Below, in pieces: positions 40,647 to 50,412 of a stretch of DNA of 64,000 nt. Origin of the DNA: a virus; IMG/VR virus record IMGVR_UViG_3300047392_000164, positions 7,199-71,198 of that record; one strand, 5' to 3'. The notes below the pieces were generated by a model, which did not search any database, had not been told where the DNA came from, and worked only from the letters and a program-made list of their open reading frames with translations. A program made the translations under genes and the position numbers. Every line of letters starts with the position of its first letter. The first letter of the stretch is position 1.

Positions 40647-41521
40647 ACTATCTACTGTTTACAACAGCACTGGCACTATCATCAGTCGCCGAATATTACT
40701 CCATCATGGGCCTCATTGCGATCTTCTCAGGCGCAGCTGTATCCATTGCTATTATGGGTGTTATACTTGGTGTCGCTAAACTGGTTCTTATCTCATGGCT
40801 CTATCGTAACTGGAAAGAAACGTCTCGATTACTAAAGATTTATTTTATCGGGGCGATCTTTATACTCATGTCACTGACAAGCATGGGTATCTTTGGCTAT
40901 TTGTCAAAAGCACATTTAGACCAAGGAATCGTGTCAGGTGATGCAGTGGCTGTTGTCGCGCTTCTTGACGAAAAAATCAATATACAAAAGGAAAATATCA
41001 ATGCAGCTCGTAAAACAATTTCTCAGTTGGATCAACAAGTTGACGCAGCCCTCAGCAGGACAACTGACGCCACCGGAGCCGACAAGTCCAGTTCTATTAG
41101 AAGAAGTCAAACCAAAGAACGTACCAAACTCATCGAAGAAATCTCCACCAGCCAAAAAGAAATCGCCCGCCTCAACGAAGAACGCGCCCCAAAAGCAGTC
41201 GAACTCCGTAAAGTCGAAGCCGAAGTCGGTCCCATCAAATACATCGCAGCGCTCATCTACGAAGACAGCGCCAACCAAGACACGCTCGAAAAAGCAGTCC
41301 GCGCAGTAATACTACTAATCGTAGTCGTATTCGACCCATTGGCTGTGCTGATGTTTGTCGCATACAACCAATCTGTATCTCAAAGTAAACAAACTGAACC
41401 ATTTGTACAACATGAGATACAGATTAAAGAGCCTCTAATTGAAGATGCTGTTCCAAACAACGACATTGAGTTAGAGGCTTTCGTCCGAGCTGACGATCAA
41501 ATCACAATTGAAAGATGGTAA
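40643..41521 (+). CDS. Membrane protein with central coiled coil
   Basis: TM helices, GIFGYLSKAH, EVGPIKY, VFDPLAV. Confidence 0.75.
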   Translation: MNYLLFTTALALSSVAEYYSIMGLIAIFSGAAVSIAIMGVILGVAKLVLISWLYRNWKETSRLLKIYFIGAIFILMSLTSMGIFGYLSKAHLDQGIVSGDAVAVVALLDEKINIQKENINAARKTISQLDQQVDAALSRTTDATGADKSSSIRRSQTKERTKLIEEISTSQKEIARLNEERAPKAVELRKVEAEVGPIKYIAALIYEDSANQDTLEKAVRAVILLIVVVFDPLAVLMFVAYNQSVSQSKQTEPFVQHEIQIKEPLIEDAVPNNDIELEAFVRADDQITIERW

Positions 41522-41522
41522 T

Positions 41523-41623
41523 TGTACAACTGCTCAGAAGTACAGTATAATGTATCTTCAGGATACAAACAATAAGTAGAACTTTAGTAAACAGTTCCCA
41601 ATAATTCATATCTGTGTTATAAT
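41523..41623 (+). promoter_or_regulatory. Two tandem early-type promoters
   Basis: TGTACA-17-TATAAT (41523-41551) and TTCCCA-17-TATAAT (41595-41623). Confidence 0.65.
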
Positions 41624-41629
41624 CTGGAT

Positions 41630-42145
41630 ATGAACTTAGTACAACACCTCAAATCTAGACATCTAGACTTAGACTTACATCGGCCAGTCGTTGACGACAC
41701 CGAAGGTGTAGCTACATTTTATCTCTACAATCTCTCCGGTCAATTGGTAGGTTACCAGCAATATCGACCGCTTGGAGAAAAGAAACCCCAAAACAATCCC
41801 AAAGAAGGTAAGTACTTTACGTATCGTAAGCAGCCAACACTTGCTGTGTGGGGTGTTGAAAGTTTAAAGTATCCCGGAAGTGTCTTCGTCTGTGAAGGCG
41901 TATTTGATGCATGTCGTCTTACAGAAAAAGGTTGTGCAGCAATAGCAGTTCTATCTAATAACACAGGATGGGACTTAAGGAACTGGCTTAGCATGTTGAA
42001 TCGTCGAGTTGTTGCAGTATGTGATAACGATGATGCAGGTCGTAAGCTAGCAAAGTTTGGACATGAAGCAGTCTTTACATACGAGAAAGACCTTGGTGAT
42101 TCAAGTGAAGATTATGTGAACTCATTGGTACTACATTATGCTTAA
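41630..42145 (+). CDS. Stand-alone Toprim (primase-like) protein
   Basis: VCEGVFD, CDNDDAG, KDLGD. Confidence 0.75.
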   Translation: MNLVQHLKSRHLDLDLHRPVVDDTEGVATFYLYNLSGQLVGYQQYRPLGEKKPQNNPKEGKYFTYRKQPTLAVWGVESLKYPGSVFVCEGVFDACRLTEKGCAAIAVLSNNTGWDLRNWLSMLNRRVVAVCDNDDAGRKLAKFGHEAVFTYEKDLGDSSEDYVNSLVLHYA

Positions 42146-42338
42146 GGTAATAGGAAAAGAAGAAACATTCAAGGTTCTTACACTTGCGGAAGCAATGAAC
42201 CTTGCAAAGAACATGAATGAATTCGTCACAATCAAAGGTGATGACTTTGAAATCGTAGGTATGTTTGGTGTAGACTCCATCAAGAATGGTGTATGTCCAG
42301 ACGGTATAGATTATGAATGGAAGAAGCGTCGACTATGA
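42138..42338 (+). CDS. Hypothetical protein
   Basis: Coupled ORF. Confidence 0.6.
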   Translation: MLKVIGKEETFKVLTLAEAMNLAKNMNEFVTIKGDDFEIVGMFGVDSIKNGVCPDGIDYEWKKRRL

Positions 42339-43009
42339 GCGAATTTACTCTTGGTGAGAAAACAAAGATTCTCAAATTAAAATCTGACATAGCGTCTTAC
42401 TATGATTTAACAATGAAGAAGCTTGGAAATCAAATGTTGACGTCCATGTTCTTTAATGATTGTATTATCACTGGTGGTTGTATTAGTGCGCTTTGGCATG
42501 GTGAGAAAGTTAATGATATTGATCTATATGCTAAAGATCTTAAAAGCATGAAGAAGATCAAAGATATGCTAACTGATCCTAGCAATAACACTATTGTTAA
42601 GAAGGGAACTGCATATGAACTTGACACAGACGATGGTCCTACTCTTGCTGGTAAAGCTTTAATCACAAACAATGCAGTTACACTTGCAAATGATGTACAG
42701 TTTGTATATCTCGGTGTTGCTGAAGAGTGTCGTAAAAAGTTTGACTTCATTCACTGTATGCCTTGGTATGATCTACGAACTCAAAAGCTGTATATCTCAC
42801 AAGCTCAAGTTGCATCTATTAGAACTAAAACTTTAATACCAAATAATACAGGCGAGAAGATTAAAGAACGCCGAATTAAAAAGTATACAGACAAAGGTTG
42901 GAATGATACCTTTACTGTGAAACCTGTAGTGTTTAGCTGGAGTGAGCAGAATGCTGTAGGAATCATTGCACAAGAGCTTGGAGAATATACTCCAGTGGTG
43001 TACAAATAA
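42335..43009 (+). CDS. Pol-beta superfamily nucleotidyltransferase-like protein
   Basis: ITGGCI...NDIDLY, FDF, R..KY..KGW. Confidence 0.65.
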   Translation: MSEFTLGEKTKILKLKSDIASYYDLTMKKLGNQMLTSMFFNDCIITGGCISALWHGEKVNDIDLYAKDLKSMKKIKDMLTDPSNNTIVKKGTAYELDTDDGPTLAGKALITNNAVTLANDVQFVYLGVAEECRKKFDFIHCMPWYDLRTQKLYISQAQVASIRTKTLIPNNTGEKIKERRIKKYTDKGWNDTFTVKPVVFSWSEQNAVGIIAQELGEYTPVVYK

Positions 43010-43027
43010 TCGTAGATAGTGTATAAT
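42999..43027 (+). promoter_or_regulatory. Early-type promoter
   Basis: TGTACA-17-TATAAT. Confidence 0.75.
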
Positions 43028-43086
43028 TGAACCATAAATAAAGAAAAGGACTGGCAGTCAGTTCTTATGATTCTAAGGAGTTTAGA

Positions 43087-44064
43087 ATGAAATCAGGTAT
43101 ATTCATCGGGCGTTTTCAACCCGCCCACCAAGGCCACATCCACGCAATTGGAATCGCAGCATCCCAAGTAGACAAGCTCTACATCATAATCGGCTCAGCA
43201 AATGCATGCCGATCAATTAAAAATCCATGGACATATCAAGAACGTGTTGATCGTCTGCGTGCTAAGTTGCATTCAGCTCGTGTCACCAATGTTGAATTCG
43301 TTCCATTGAATGATTACCCCTACAACAATACGCAATGGATTGCCGATGTTCGTGCAACGGCAGAACACCATGACATGGGTGTACCTACTCTGTTTGGACA
43401 CATGAAAGAAGGCAACGACTATCTTGGCTGGTTCCCAGATTGGAAGTTTCGCGATATCGAAGCTCAATATCAAATCCACGCAACATCAATTCGTAAACGT
43501 ATGTTTGAATTGAATGATCCCGACATGCCAAAGACTGTGCATGACGACTACAAATACTATCAAAAAGAAACGGCTACCTTTGCAAACTATCCCTTCCCAG
43601 AAACTCTCAACTTCAACTGCGCAGATGCAGTTATTGAATGCCAAGGACATGTGCTCCTCATCCGACGTAAGTATGCGCCTGGGGCAGGAGCTTGGGCACT
43701 TCCAGGTGGGTTCAAAAACAGGGACGAAACATTTCTCGATTGCGCAGTACGAGAACTGCAAGAGGAAACCAACGTGCGAGTGCCTGAAAAAGTTCTTCGT
43801 GGATCTATCGTAAAGACTCAACTTTTCGATTCTCCAAAACGTTCTTTTGGAATTCCACGTAACACTCTTGCTGTATACTTCCGCGTTAACCCTAACCCAG
43901 ATGGAAGTCTTCCACGTGCCAATGGCGCCGACGATGCAGCAGAATGCCAATGGTTTCCCTTGACAAAGGTATTGAATACTTTAGAACTATATGATGACCA
44001 CGCTGCCATCATCTCAACAGTAACAGGCGTAGTACCTATGCCAGCATTTATCGGTGTACGATAA
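43087..44064 (+). CDS. nadM: Bifunctional NMN adenylyltransferase / Nudix ADP-ribose hydrolase
   Basis: GRFQPAHQGH, ATSIR, Nudix box GG.....E......VRELQEET. Confidence 0.9.
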   Translation: MKSGIFIGRFQPAHQGHIHAIGIAASQVDKLYIIIGSANACRSIKNPWTYQERVDRLRAKLHSARVTNVEFVPLNDYPYNNTQWIADVRATAEHHDMGVPTLFGHMKEGNDYLGWFPDWKFRDIEAQYQIHATSIRKRMFELNDPDMPKTVHDDYKYYQKETATFANYPFPETLNFNCADAVIECQGHVLLIRRKYAPGAGAWALPGGFKNRDETFLDCAVRELQEETNVRVPEKVLRGSIVKTQLFDSPKRSFGIPRNTLAVYFRVNPNPDGSLPRANGADDAAECQWFPLTKVLNTLELYDDHAAIISTVTGVVPMPAFIGVR

Positions 44065-44083
44065 TTCGCAAATAAGGTATAAT
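44055..44083 (+). promoter_or_regulatory. Early-type promoter
   Basis: TGTACG-17-TATAAT with AATTCG in the spacer. Confidence 0.7.
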
Positions 44084-44112
44084 TAATCATCAACAACGAT
44101 AAGGAGCTTATC

Positions 44113-45510
44113 ATGAAACTTTCTAAAAACATCCTCTTGAACACTGATAGTTACAAAACTTCTATGTTCAAACAATATCCTGCCGGCACGACCGGTGTCT
44201 ATTCATACATCGAATCTCGTGGTGGTCGCTATGATTCCACTGTGATGTTCGGTCTTCAAGCGTTCATTAAGGAATACCTCCTTGACCCAATCACTCAAGC
44301 CGACATTGATATTGCAGATGAAATACTTACTGCTCATGGAGAGCCCTTCAACCGAGAAGGATGGGAGTACATTCTACGCGTGCACAACGGCTACCTTCCA
44401 GTCGTTATCCGCGCTGTACCTGAAGGCACTGTGGTTCCTGTCAAAAATGTACTTGCGACAATTGAAAATACGGATCCAGCATGCTTTTGGCTGACAACCT
44501 ATTTAGAAACCGCATTGCTTCGTGCAGTATGGTATCCTACAACTGTAGCAACACAATCTTACACAATCAAGAAAGTTATTCTTGACTACTTGGAGCGAAC
44601 TGGTGACCCTGCAACTATTGATTTTAAGCTTCACGACTTTGGTGCTCGCGGTGTGTCTAGCATGGAGTCTGCTGGGATTGGTGGAGCCGCTCACCTCGTC
44701 AACTTTATGGGTACAGATACTATCACGGGTGTTTTATATGCTCGTGAGTATTACAACGCTGGCATTGCTGGTTTTTCTATCCCAGCAGCCGAACACAGCA
44801 CTATCACTTCTTGGGGCCGCGATAGCGAAGTAAAAGCTTATGAAAATATGCTCACTCAGTTTGCAAAGCCTGGTGCCATTCTTGCTATTGTTTCTGATTC
44901 TTACGATATCTTTAATGCTGTCAGTAATTTGTGGGGCACCGAGCTTCGTGATCGAGTCATTGAATCTGGCGCAACTGTGGTTATTCGTCCTGATAGTGGG
45001 GATCCTGTCGAAATCAACCGTAAGCTGATTGAGATCCTTGGTCAAAAGTTTGGTTTCACTGTGAATGCTAAAGGCTTCAAGGTTCTCAACAATGTACGAC
45101 TCATCCAAGGTGATGGTGTCAACGAATTGAGTATCCGTAGCATCCTCGGTGCCTTCATGGCGATGGGTTGGTCTGCTGATAACATTGCCTTTGGCATGGG
45201 TGGTGCACTGCTCCAACAAGTTGATCGTGATACTCAGAAGTTTGCCATGAAGTGTTCTGCTGCTCAAATCAATGGTGAATGGATTGACGTACAGAAAGAT
45301 CCTGTCACTGATAGCGGTAAGAAATCTAAAGCGGGCCGTGTAACATTGTGGCAGTCAGGTGGAGAGTTTGCTTCTGGTGTAACACCACCTGCTGGTTGGA
45401 CCGATAAAGGTTTCGGCGGATGGGTTGAAGCAATGCAAACTGTCTTCCGTGATGGTCAAATCATCCGTGAATACGACTTCGCTGAAGTTCGTGCTAACGC
45501 AGCAAAGTAA
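44113..45510 (+). CDS. nadV: Nicotinamide phosphoribosyltransferase
   Basis: TDSYK, HDFGARG, AEHS, IRPDSG, IQGDG. Confidence 0.93.
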   Translation: MKLSKNILLNTDSYKTSMFKQYPAGTTGVYSYIESRGGRYDSTVMFGLQAFIKEYLLDPITQADIDIADEILTAHGEPFNREGWEYILRVHNGYLPVVIRAVPEGTVVPVKNVLATIENTDPACFWLTTYLETALLRAVWYPTTVATQSYTIKKVILDYLERTGDPATIDFKLHDFGARGVSSMESAGIGGAAHLVNFMGTDTITGVLYAREYYNAGIAGFSIPAAEHSTITSWGRDSEVKAYENMLTQFAKPGAILAIVSDSYDIFNAVSNLWGTELRDRVIESGATVVIRPDSGDPVEINRKLIEILGQKFGFTVNAKGFKVLNNVRLIQGDGVNELSIRSILGAFMAMGWSADNIAFGMGGALLQQVDRDTQKFAMKCSAAQINGEWIDVQKDPVTDSGKKSKAGRVTLWQSGGEFASGVTPPAGWTDKGFGGWVEAMQTVFRDGQIIREYDFAEVRANAAK

Positions 45511-45529
45511 TACTTCGGTATTCAAAAAG

Positions 45530-45552
45530 AAAGCGCCTTCGGGCGCTTTTTC
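45530..45552 (+). terminator. Intrinsic terminator (cUUCGg loop)
   Basis: AAAGCGCC-TTCG-GGCGCTTTTT. Confidence 0.9.
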
Positions 45553-45554
45553 TG

Positions 45555-45583
45555 TTTACAACAATTCGTACTTTTGATATAAT
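45555..45583 (+). promoter_or_regulatory. Early-type promoter
   Basis: TTTACA-17-TATAAT; ATG 6 nt downstream. Confidence 0.8.
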
Positions 45584-45589
45584 AGCTCT

Positions 45590-45856
45590 ATGGGAACACA
45601 GACAGACTACTTCAATCGCATTGGCTACAAGCATACATACGATCTTGGTGATCGTGTTGAAGGCAAGTGGAATAAGATTCCATTCGTTGGCAGTGTAGGT
45701 AACGATAGACTTGTAAATGAAGATGATGGTCCTGAAATCACAATTCATTTAGATCTACCTATCATGTATAAAGGTACGATTCACCGCATCATCATTGTAA
45801 AACACAAAGACATCAAACGCAGAAAAGAATACGTCTACCCTAAGGACAAGAAATGA
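45590..45856 (+). CDS. Hypothetical protein
   Basis: ORF directly after the promoter. Confidence 0.7.
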   Translation: MGTQTDYFNRIGYKHTYDLGDRVEGKWNKIPFVGSVGNDRLVNEDDGPEITIHLDLPIMYKGTIHRIIIVKHKDIKRRKEYVYPKDKK

Positions 45857-46746
45857 ACAAAGAAGACTTGAAACAATTCGTAACAGATAACCCTCACTTG
45901 GTTTCAATGAAGCCATGCGGTGAAGGCATGTTCGTACTTAAGTATAAGAAGCGTGTTTTCTTTGACAACCTTTGGAACGACTTCTTAGAAGAATGTCGTG
46001 GTACGATTGTTGATGCAGACTTTAACGTTGTATCTCGTCCATTCACTAAGATCTATAACTATGGTGTTGAAGAAAAAGCTCCAAAATTAGACAAGGACAC
46101 TAAGGTAACTGCTTTCCGTAAGGTTAATGGTTTCATGTGTGCTATGACTTATTGTAATGGCAAGCTATTAGTGTCAACTACAGGTAGCACTGACAGTCCA
46201 TACGTTGCTATGGCTGAAGAACTTATGGGTGAAAATCGTTATAAGTTTGAAGACCATTGTGAGTTCTATCGTGACTTTACTTGGATGTTTGAGTGCGTTC
46301 ATCGTGACGACCCTCACATCATTCCTGAAAAAGAAGGACTGTATCTATTAGGGTGGCGCAAGAAGGAATGGGGTTCCCAAGTGGAATGCGAACCATTTGC
46401 GTTGGGCACACATACACAAGTTTTGGGCACACATCATATTGAAAGCACAACTACCAGTATGACACGTTTAGAACAAATGGCAAAAGAATGTAAGCATGAA
46501 GGTTATGTATTCTACACAGATGATGGTTTGTCCGCAAAGATTAAGAGTCCATATTACCTAACAAGTAAGTGGGTTGCTCGTAATCCTCGTACTGATAAAA
46601 TCATGAATTTGCAAGCTGACATTAAACAACATATCGATGAAGAATACTATCCATTGATTGATGCTATCCGTGAAAACATTGTGGAATACACAGCGTTGGA
46701 TGAGCAAGGTCGATTGGCTTGGGTTCGTAACTTCTTGGACAAATGA
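45853..46746 (+). CDS. RNA ligase (Rnl1-like)
   Basis: ECRG, PFTK.YN, motif I KVNG, EGYV, KIKS. Confidence 0.8.
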   Translation: MNKEDLKQFVTDNPHLVSMKPCGEGMFVLKYKKRVFFDNLWNDFLEECRGTIVDADFNVVSRPFTKIYNYGVEEKAPKLDKDTKVTAFRKVNGFMCAMTYCNGKLLVSTTGSTDSPYVAMAEELMGENRYKFEDHCEFYRDFTWMFECVHRDDPHIIPEKEGLYLLGWRKKEWGSQVECEPFALGTHTQVLGTHHIESTTTSMTRLEQMAKECKHEGYVFYTDDGLSAKIKSPYYLTSKWVARNPRTDKIMNLQADIKQHIDEEYYPLIDAIRENIVEYTALDEQGRLAWVRNFLDK

Positions 46747-46970
46747 TGCACTTTAGCAATACCAATAACCCTATTGATTTTCCTAAGGATGATTTAGTGT
46801 ATCGTCTACGTAAGCGAGCAGAAATTCGTAGACAGATTCCTACTCGTAAGAGTGTCCAAGAAGGAACCCGCGATCGTATGGCAGATCTTCTTGATGAAGC
46901 TGCTGATGAAATTAACAGATTAGAACAAATGATTGCAGATTTAGTTGCTGCAAGATTGGAAAACATATGA
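46743..46970 (+). CDS. Hypothetical protein
   Basis: Coupled ORF; DLV.RLR..EAADEI.RL. Confidence 0.65.
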   Translation: MMHFSNTNNPIDFPKDDLVYRLRKRAEIRRQIPTRKSVQEGTRDRMADLLDEAADEINRLEQMIADLVAARLENI

Positions 46971-47521
46971 CAGATTTTGTAACAAGTGACATTCACTTTG
47001 GTCATGCAAACATTATGAAATTTTGCCCTGAATCACGTGCGTTTAATAACGATGTGAGTAAGATGCATGAAGCTATTATCAAAAACTGGAATGCAGTCAT
47101 TACACCTCAAGATCACACTTACATCTTAGGTGATGTAGCATTCTGTAACTGGCAAGACGCAGTTAAGTTGTTGAATCGTTTAAATGGAACTAAGACTTTA
47201 GTCATTGGTAACCATGACAAGAAGTTGATGAATTCACAAGAATTCCGTGATTGTTTTGTTAGTTGTCAAGACTATATATCTATCACTGTAGATAAAACAA
47301 AAGTTGTGATGTTCCATTATCCTATTGCTGAATGGGATCAAATGCATCGTGGTGCTGTACATTTGTACGGTCACTTGCATGGTGGCGTCAGCGGCATGGA
47401 AAAGTATCGTTGTATGGATGTAGGTATGGACACTAACTACTGCCGTCCTTACAGATTGAGCGATGCAATTGCAAAGTGTTTAAAAGGTGACATCAAAGGT
47501 CACCACCAAACTGGAGTTTAA
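46967..47521 (+). CDS. Calcineurin-like metallophosphoesterase
   Basis: SDIHFGH, LGD, GNHD, HYP, GHLH. Confidence 0.9.
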   Translation: MTDFVTSDIHFGHANIMKFCPESRAFNNDVSKMHEAIIKNWNAVITPQDHTYILGDVAFCNWQDAVKLLNRLNGTKTLVIGNHDKKLMNSQEFRDCFVSCQDYISITVDKTKVVMFHYPIAEWDQMHRGAVHLYGHLHGGVSGMEKYRCMDVGMDTNYCRPYRLSDAIAKCLKGDIKGHHQTGV

Positions 47522-47986
47522 ATGAAAACAGCATACATTTTAGTTGGAGTGCCAGGATCTGGTAAGTCTACTTGGGTCACTAATCAAAAGTGGGCTCAAG
47601 AATGTAGCTACATCTCTACCGATCAATGGGTAGACTTAGAAGCTGAACGCACTGGTAAGACATATAGTGAAGTGTTTGCTGATTATATGCCAAGAGCTAT
47701 TAACTTAATGATACGTAAATTAGATCTTGCTAAAGACGCTGATATGAATATCATCTGGGATCAAACTTCAACTACTATTGCTTCACGTAAGAAGAAGTTG
47801 AAGTTCCTACAAGGTTATCATACAGTTGTTGTAGTGTTCAAGATTCCTGAAGCTGAAGAGTTGAAGCGCCGTTTGAATTCTCGTCCAGGTAAGCACATTC
47901 CCGATGACGTTATGAAGTCAATGATTAAAGGTTTTGAAATGCCAACTGAAGAAGAAGGTTTTGATGAAATCTGGCATGCTGAATAA
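47522..47986 (+). CDS. Polynucleotide-kinase-like P-loop kinase
   Basis: GVPGSGKST, D.T.....R, R...R lid. Confidence 0.8.
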   Translation: MKTAYILVGVPGSGKSTWVTNQKWAQECSYISTDQWVDLEAERTGKTYSEVFADYMPRAINLMIRKLDLAKDADMNIIWDQTSTTIASRKKKLKFLQGYHTVVVVFKIPEAEELKRRLNSRPGKHIPDDVMKSMIKGFEMPTEEEGFDEIWHAE

Positions 47987-48028
47987 AGTTAATTCGTGTT
48001 TGTGTTATAATTTACTAAAGGATTAATT

Positions 48029-48256
48029 ATGAATGGAGGTAAACCTTTGGCCGCATTACTACGTGCAAAAGTGGACGCTGCTGACGAAATCAGCATTACT
48101 AAAGTGACCACTCTCAAGGAAGGCTTTATGACTATTACAGAATTCGAGAATTCACTCGGATATCATACAGTCAAAGTCTTTCCAACTGAATCATCTGCTA
48201 AAGCATATGCAGCAGGTGAACGAATCCTAAAAGTAAAATTGGAGCGTGAACTATGA
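48029..48256 (+). CDS. Hypothetical protein
   Basis: Follows an AATTCGT..TATAAT promoter and AGGA SD. Confidence 0.6.
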   Translation: MNGGKPLAALLRAKVDAADEISITKVTTLKEGFMTITEFENSLGYHTVKVFPTESSAKAYAAGERILKVKLEREL

Positions 48257-48459
48257 ACATAGACTTTAATGAATGTTATCAATTACAGACTGAACTTACA
48301 AAGATTGAACACCTCGATCTTTATCAGCTTACTCTTACTAAAGTTGATACTACTGATGGTGCATCTATTGTTACTAACAAAGATGAACATTACTTTACGT
48401 TTGACGAATTGAAGCAATTTGTTACTTACCTGAATAAGGCAACAAATGGCTACATCTAA
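48253..48459 (+). CDS. Hypothetical protein
   Basis: Coupled ORF. Confidence 0.6.
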   Translation: MNIDFNECYQLQTELTKIEHLDLYQLTLTKVDTTDGASIVTNKDEHYFTFDELKQFVTYLNKATNGYI

Positions 48460-48766
48460 TTCCTCTATTGATTGGACAAAACTTATGAGTCAAGAAGACC
48501 AAGCATCTGTGCTCGGCACACCTGAATTTCGTGAATGGCTGGTGTCTCTGCTGGGAACGAGCACTGTAACAGTTACCTTCACTAAAAAAGATGGCAGTGA
48601 ACGAATTATGAAATGCACGCGTAATTCTGCATTCATTCCTACCGAACAACTTCCCAAAGAAGGCAGTGAGAAATCAACTACTTCTATCCCCGTCTTTGAT
48701 CTTGAAGCACAAGGTTGGAGATCTTTTATTGCTACCAACATCACAAGGATTGAATACGATGTCTAA
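48446..48766 (+). CDS. SH3/Sm-like (WYL-like) protein
   Basis: VTFTKKDGSER.M.CT, VFDLEAQGWRSF. Confidence 0.75.
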   Translation: MATSNSSIDWTKLMSQEDQASVLGTPEFREWLVSLLGTSTVTVTFTKKDGSERIMKCTRNSAFIPTEQLPKEGSEKSTTSIPVFDLEAQGWRSFIATNITRIEYDV

Positions 48767-48941
48767 GCCTCTTTTGATAATTCTCATTGTCGCCCTTGCA
48801 ATCATTTTTGGACCATTCTGCACAATCTGGGGTATGAATACTCTCTTCCCAGTATTGAACATTCCTTATACATTTGACACATGGCTTGCAGTCATCCTCG
48901 TTCAACTCGCAATTCGTTCTAATATCTCTACATCAAAATGA
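48759..48941 (+). CDS. Small membrane protein
   Basis: Hydrophobic; IW..NTLF. Confidence 0.6.
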   Translation: MSKPLLIILIVALAIIFGPFCTIWGMNTLFPVLNIPYTFDTWLAVILVQLAIRSNISTSK

Positions 48942-49198
48942 CACAAATCTCATCCCCTGCTGATCGCGCTAAGATCAAGAAAATGCTTGAAGAAGTTTCC
49001 AACTCGATGACACGTATCGCTGCAGAACGTGATTTGATTAAGGAAACCATCACAGAAGTTTCAAAGGAGTTTGAACTTCCTAAGAAGTATCTCAACAAGA
49101 TGGCTCGTACATACTACAAGCAAAACTTTCACGTTGAACAGGCAGATCATGAGGAATTTGAAAGCCTCTACACCACGATCTTGCAAAGTAATCCTTAA
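48938..49198 (+). CDS. dsbA: T4 DsbA-like double-stranded DNA-binding protein
   Basis: IKE...E..L..K..NKMARTYYK...E..LY; near rnh. Confidence 0.7.
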   Translation: MTQISSPADRAKIKKMLEEVSNSMTRIAAERDLIKETITEVSKEFELPKKYLNKMARTYYKQNFHVEQADHEEFESLYTTILQSNP

Positions 49199-49206
49199 GT
49201 TTACAG

Positions 49207-49235
49207 TGTACAATAATTCGTGTTTGGTATATAAT
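49207..49235 (+). promoter_or_regulatory. Early-type promoter
   Basis: TGTACA-ATAATTCGT..-TATAAT. Confidence 0.8.
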
Positions 49236-49257
49236 ACAGATATGAATTGGAGAACAC

Positions 49258-50412
49258 ATGGCTACAACTAAAGAAAAAGAACCAAAACTCACGGCCTCTG
49301 AGAAACGTGCTCAGAAGCGCCGTGAAACCGCTGCACAAATGGAGCAAGTCTTCGGCACCGGTAAAGGTAGCGCTGAACCTACTATTAATCCTCTTGACTA
49401 CACCGCATCTTTGATGCGAGCATTGAACTACTACAACTCTGCCTTTGAAAACAAAGACAAACGTAAGTGGTTCATGTCGTACGTTGGCAAAAAGAATGAG
49501 GAATTTGATTCACTGTCTGACTGGGACTTCCGTTCAGTTGGCACTATCATTCGTCTCAAGCAACGTGAACAACCTCTGCAAGAACATCACCTTAAGTTCA
49601 TTGAAGATTCTATCGAAGAACTTCGTGAAAAAGCTAAAGGTGGTAAAACTTTCTCAGCCTTGAAAGGTGAACCTAAAGCTAAGGAAGAAAAACCAGTAGT
49701 CACGATTCAAGATCGTATTGCTGAAGCAGCATCTACTCACATCGGTGAAATCAATGGACTCATTGATGATTACATTATGAACGATACTGAAATCGATGTG
49801 GGTGCCTATTTGAAAGCTAACAACGTTAGTCCACAAGTTTCTAAGTTGATTCCTCAAGCTTTCACTAGAACTATTGAAGAACTCAACGAAGTCATCGAAG
49901 GAAAAGATAAACAATTGGTTGAAGGTTATTCTTTCATTAAGAAGACCAAGCTTAAAAAGCTAATCAAATCAATTGAAGCTATCCAAGATGCTTGTGCTCA
50001 ACAAGTTGTTACAGCAAAAGCTACTCGTAAACCACGAGCTCGTAAGGAAAAACCAGCATCAGTGTTGGCAGCTAAAGTTAAGTTCATGAAAGAATTTGCT
50101 GAACTTACTTTGAAGTCTGAACAACCTGTTAAAATTGTTGGTGCATCTGAATGCTGGATTTACAACACGAAGTATAAGAAACTTCAAGTGTATCGTTCAC
50201 TCGGTGCTCTATCAATCAAAGGTACAACCATTCTTAACTATGATGTAGCAACATCTGGTTCTAAGACTATGCGTAAACCTGAACTCGTCACTGGTTATGC
50301 CGGTATGACTAAACGTACTTTGGCTCAGGAGTTTAAAACTCTTAAGACTAAGGAAGCTGCAGTCAATGGTCGTATTAACGAAGACTGTATTATTTTGAAA
50401 GTGTTTTCATGA
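49258..50412 (+). CDS. Conserved T4-like hypothetical protein
   Basis: ALNYYN, YNTK.KKL, KGTT, NGRIN. Confidence 0.75.
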   Translation: MATTKEKEPKLTASEKRAQKRRETAAQMEQVFGTGKGSAEPTINPLDYTASLMRALNYYNSAFENKDKRKWFMSYVGKKNEEFDSLSDWDFRSVGTIIRLKQREQPLQEHHLKFIEDSIEELREKAKGGKTFSALKGEPKAKEEKPVVTIQDRIAEAASTHIGEINGLIDDYIMNDTEIDVGAYLKANNVSPQVSKLIPQAFTRTIEELNEVIEGKDKQLVEGYSFIKKTKLKKLIKSIEAIQDACAQQVVTAKATRKPRARKEKPASVLAAKVKFMKEFAELTLKSEQPVKIVGASECWIYNTKYKKLQVYRSLGALSIKGTTILNYDVATSGSKTMRKPELVTGYAGMTKRTLAQEFKTLKTKEAAVNGRINEDCIILKVFS

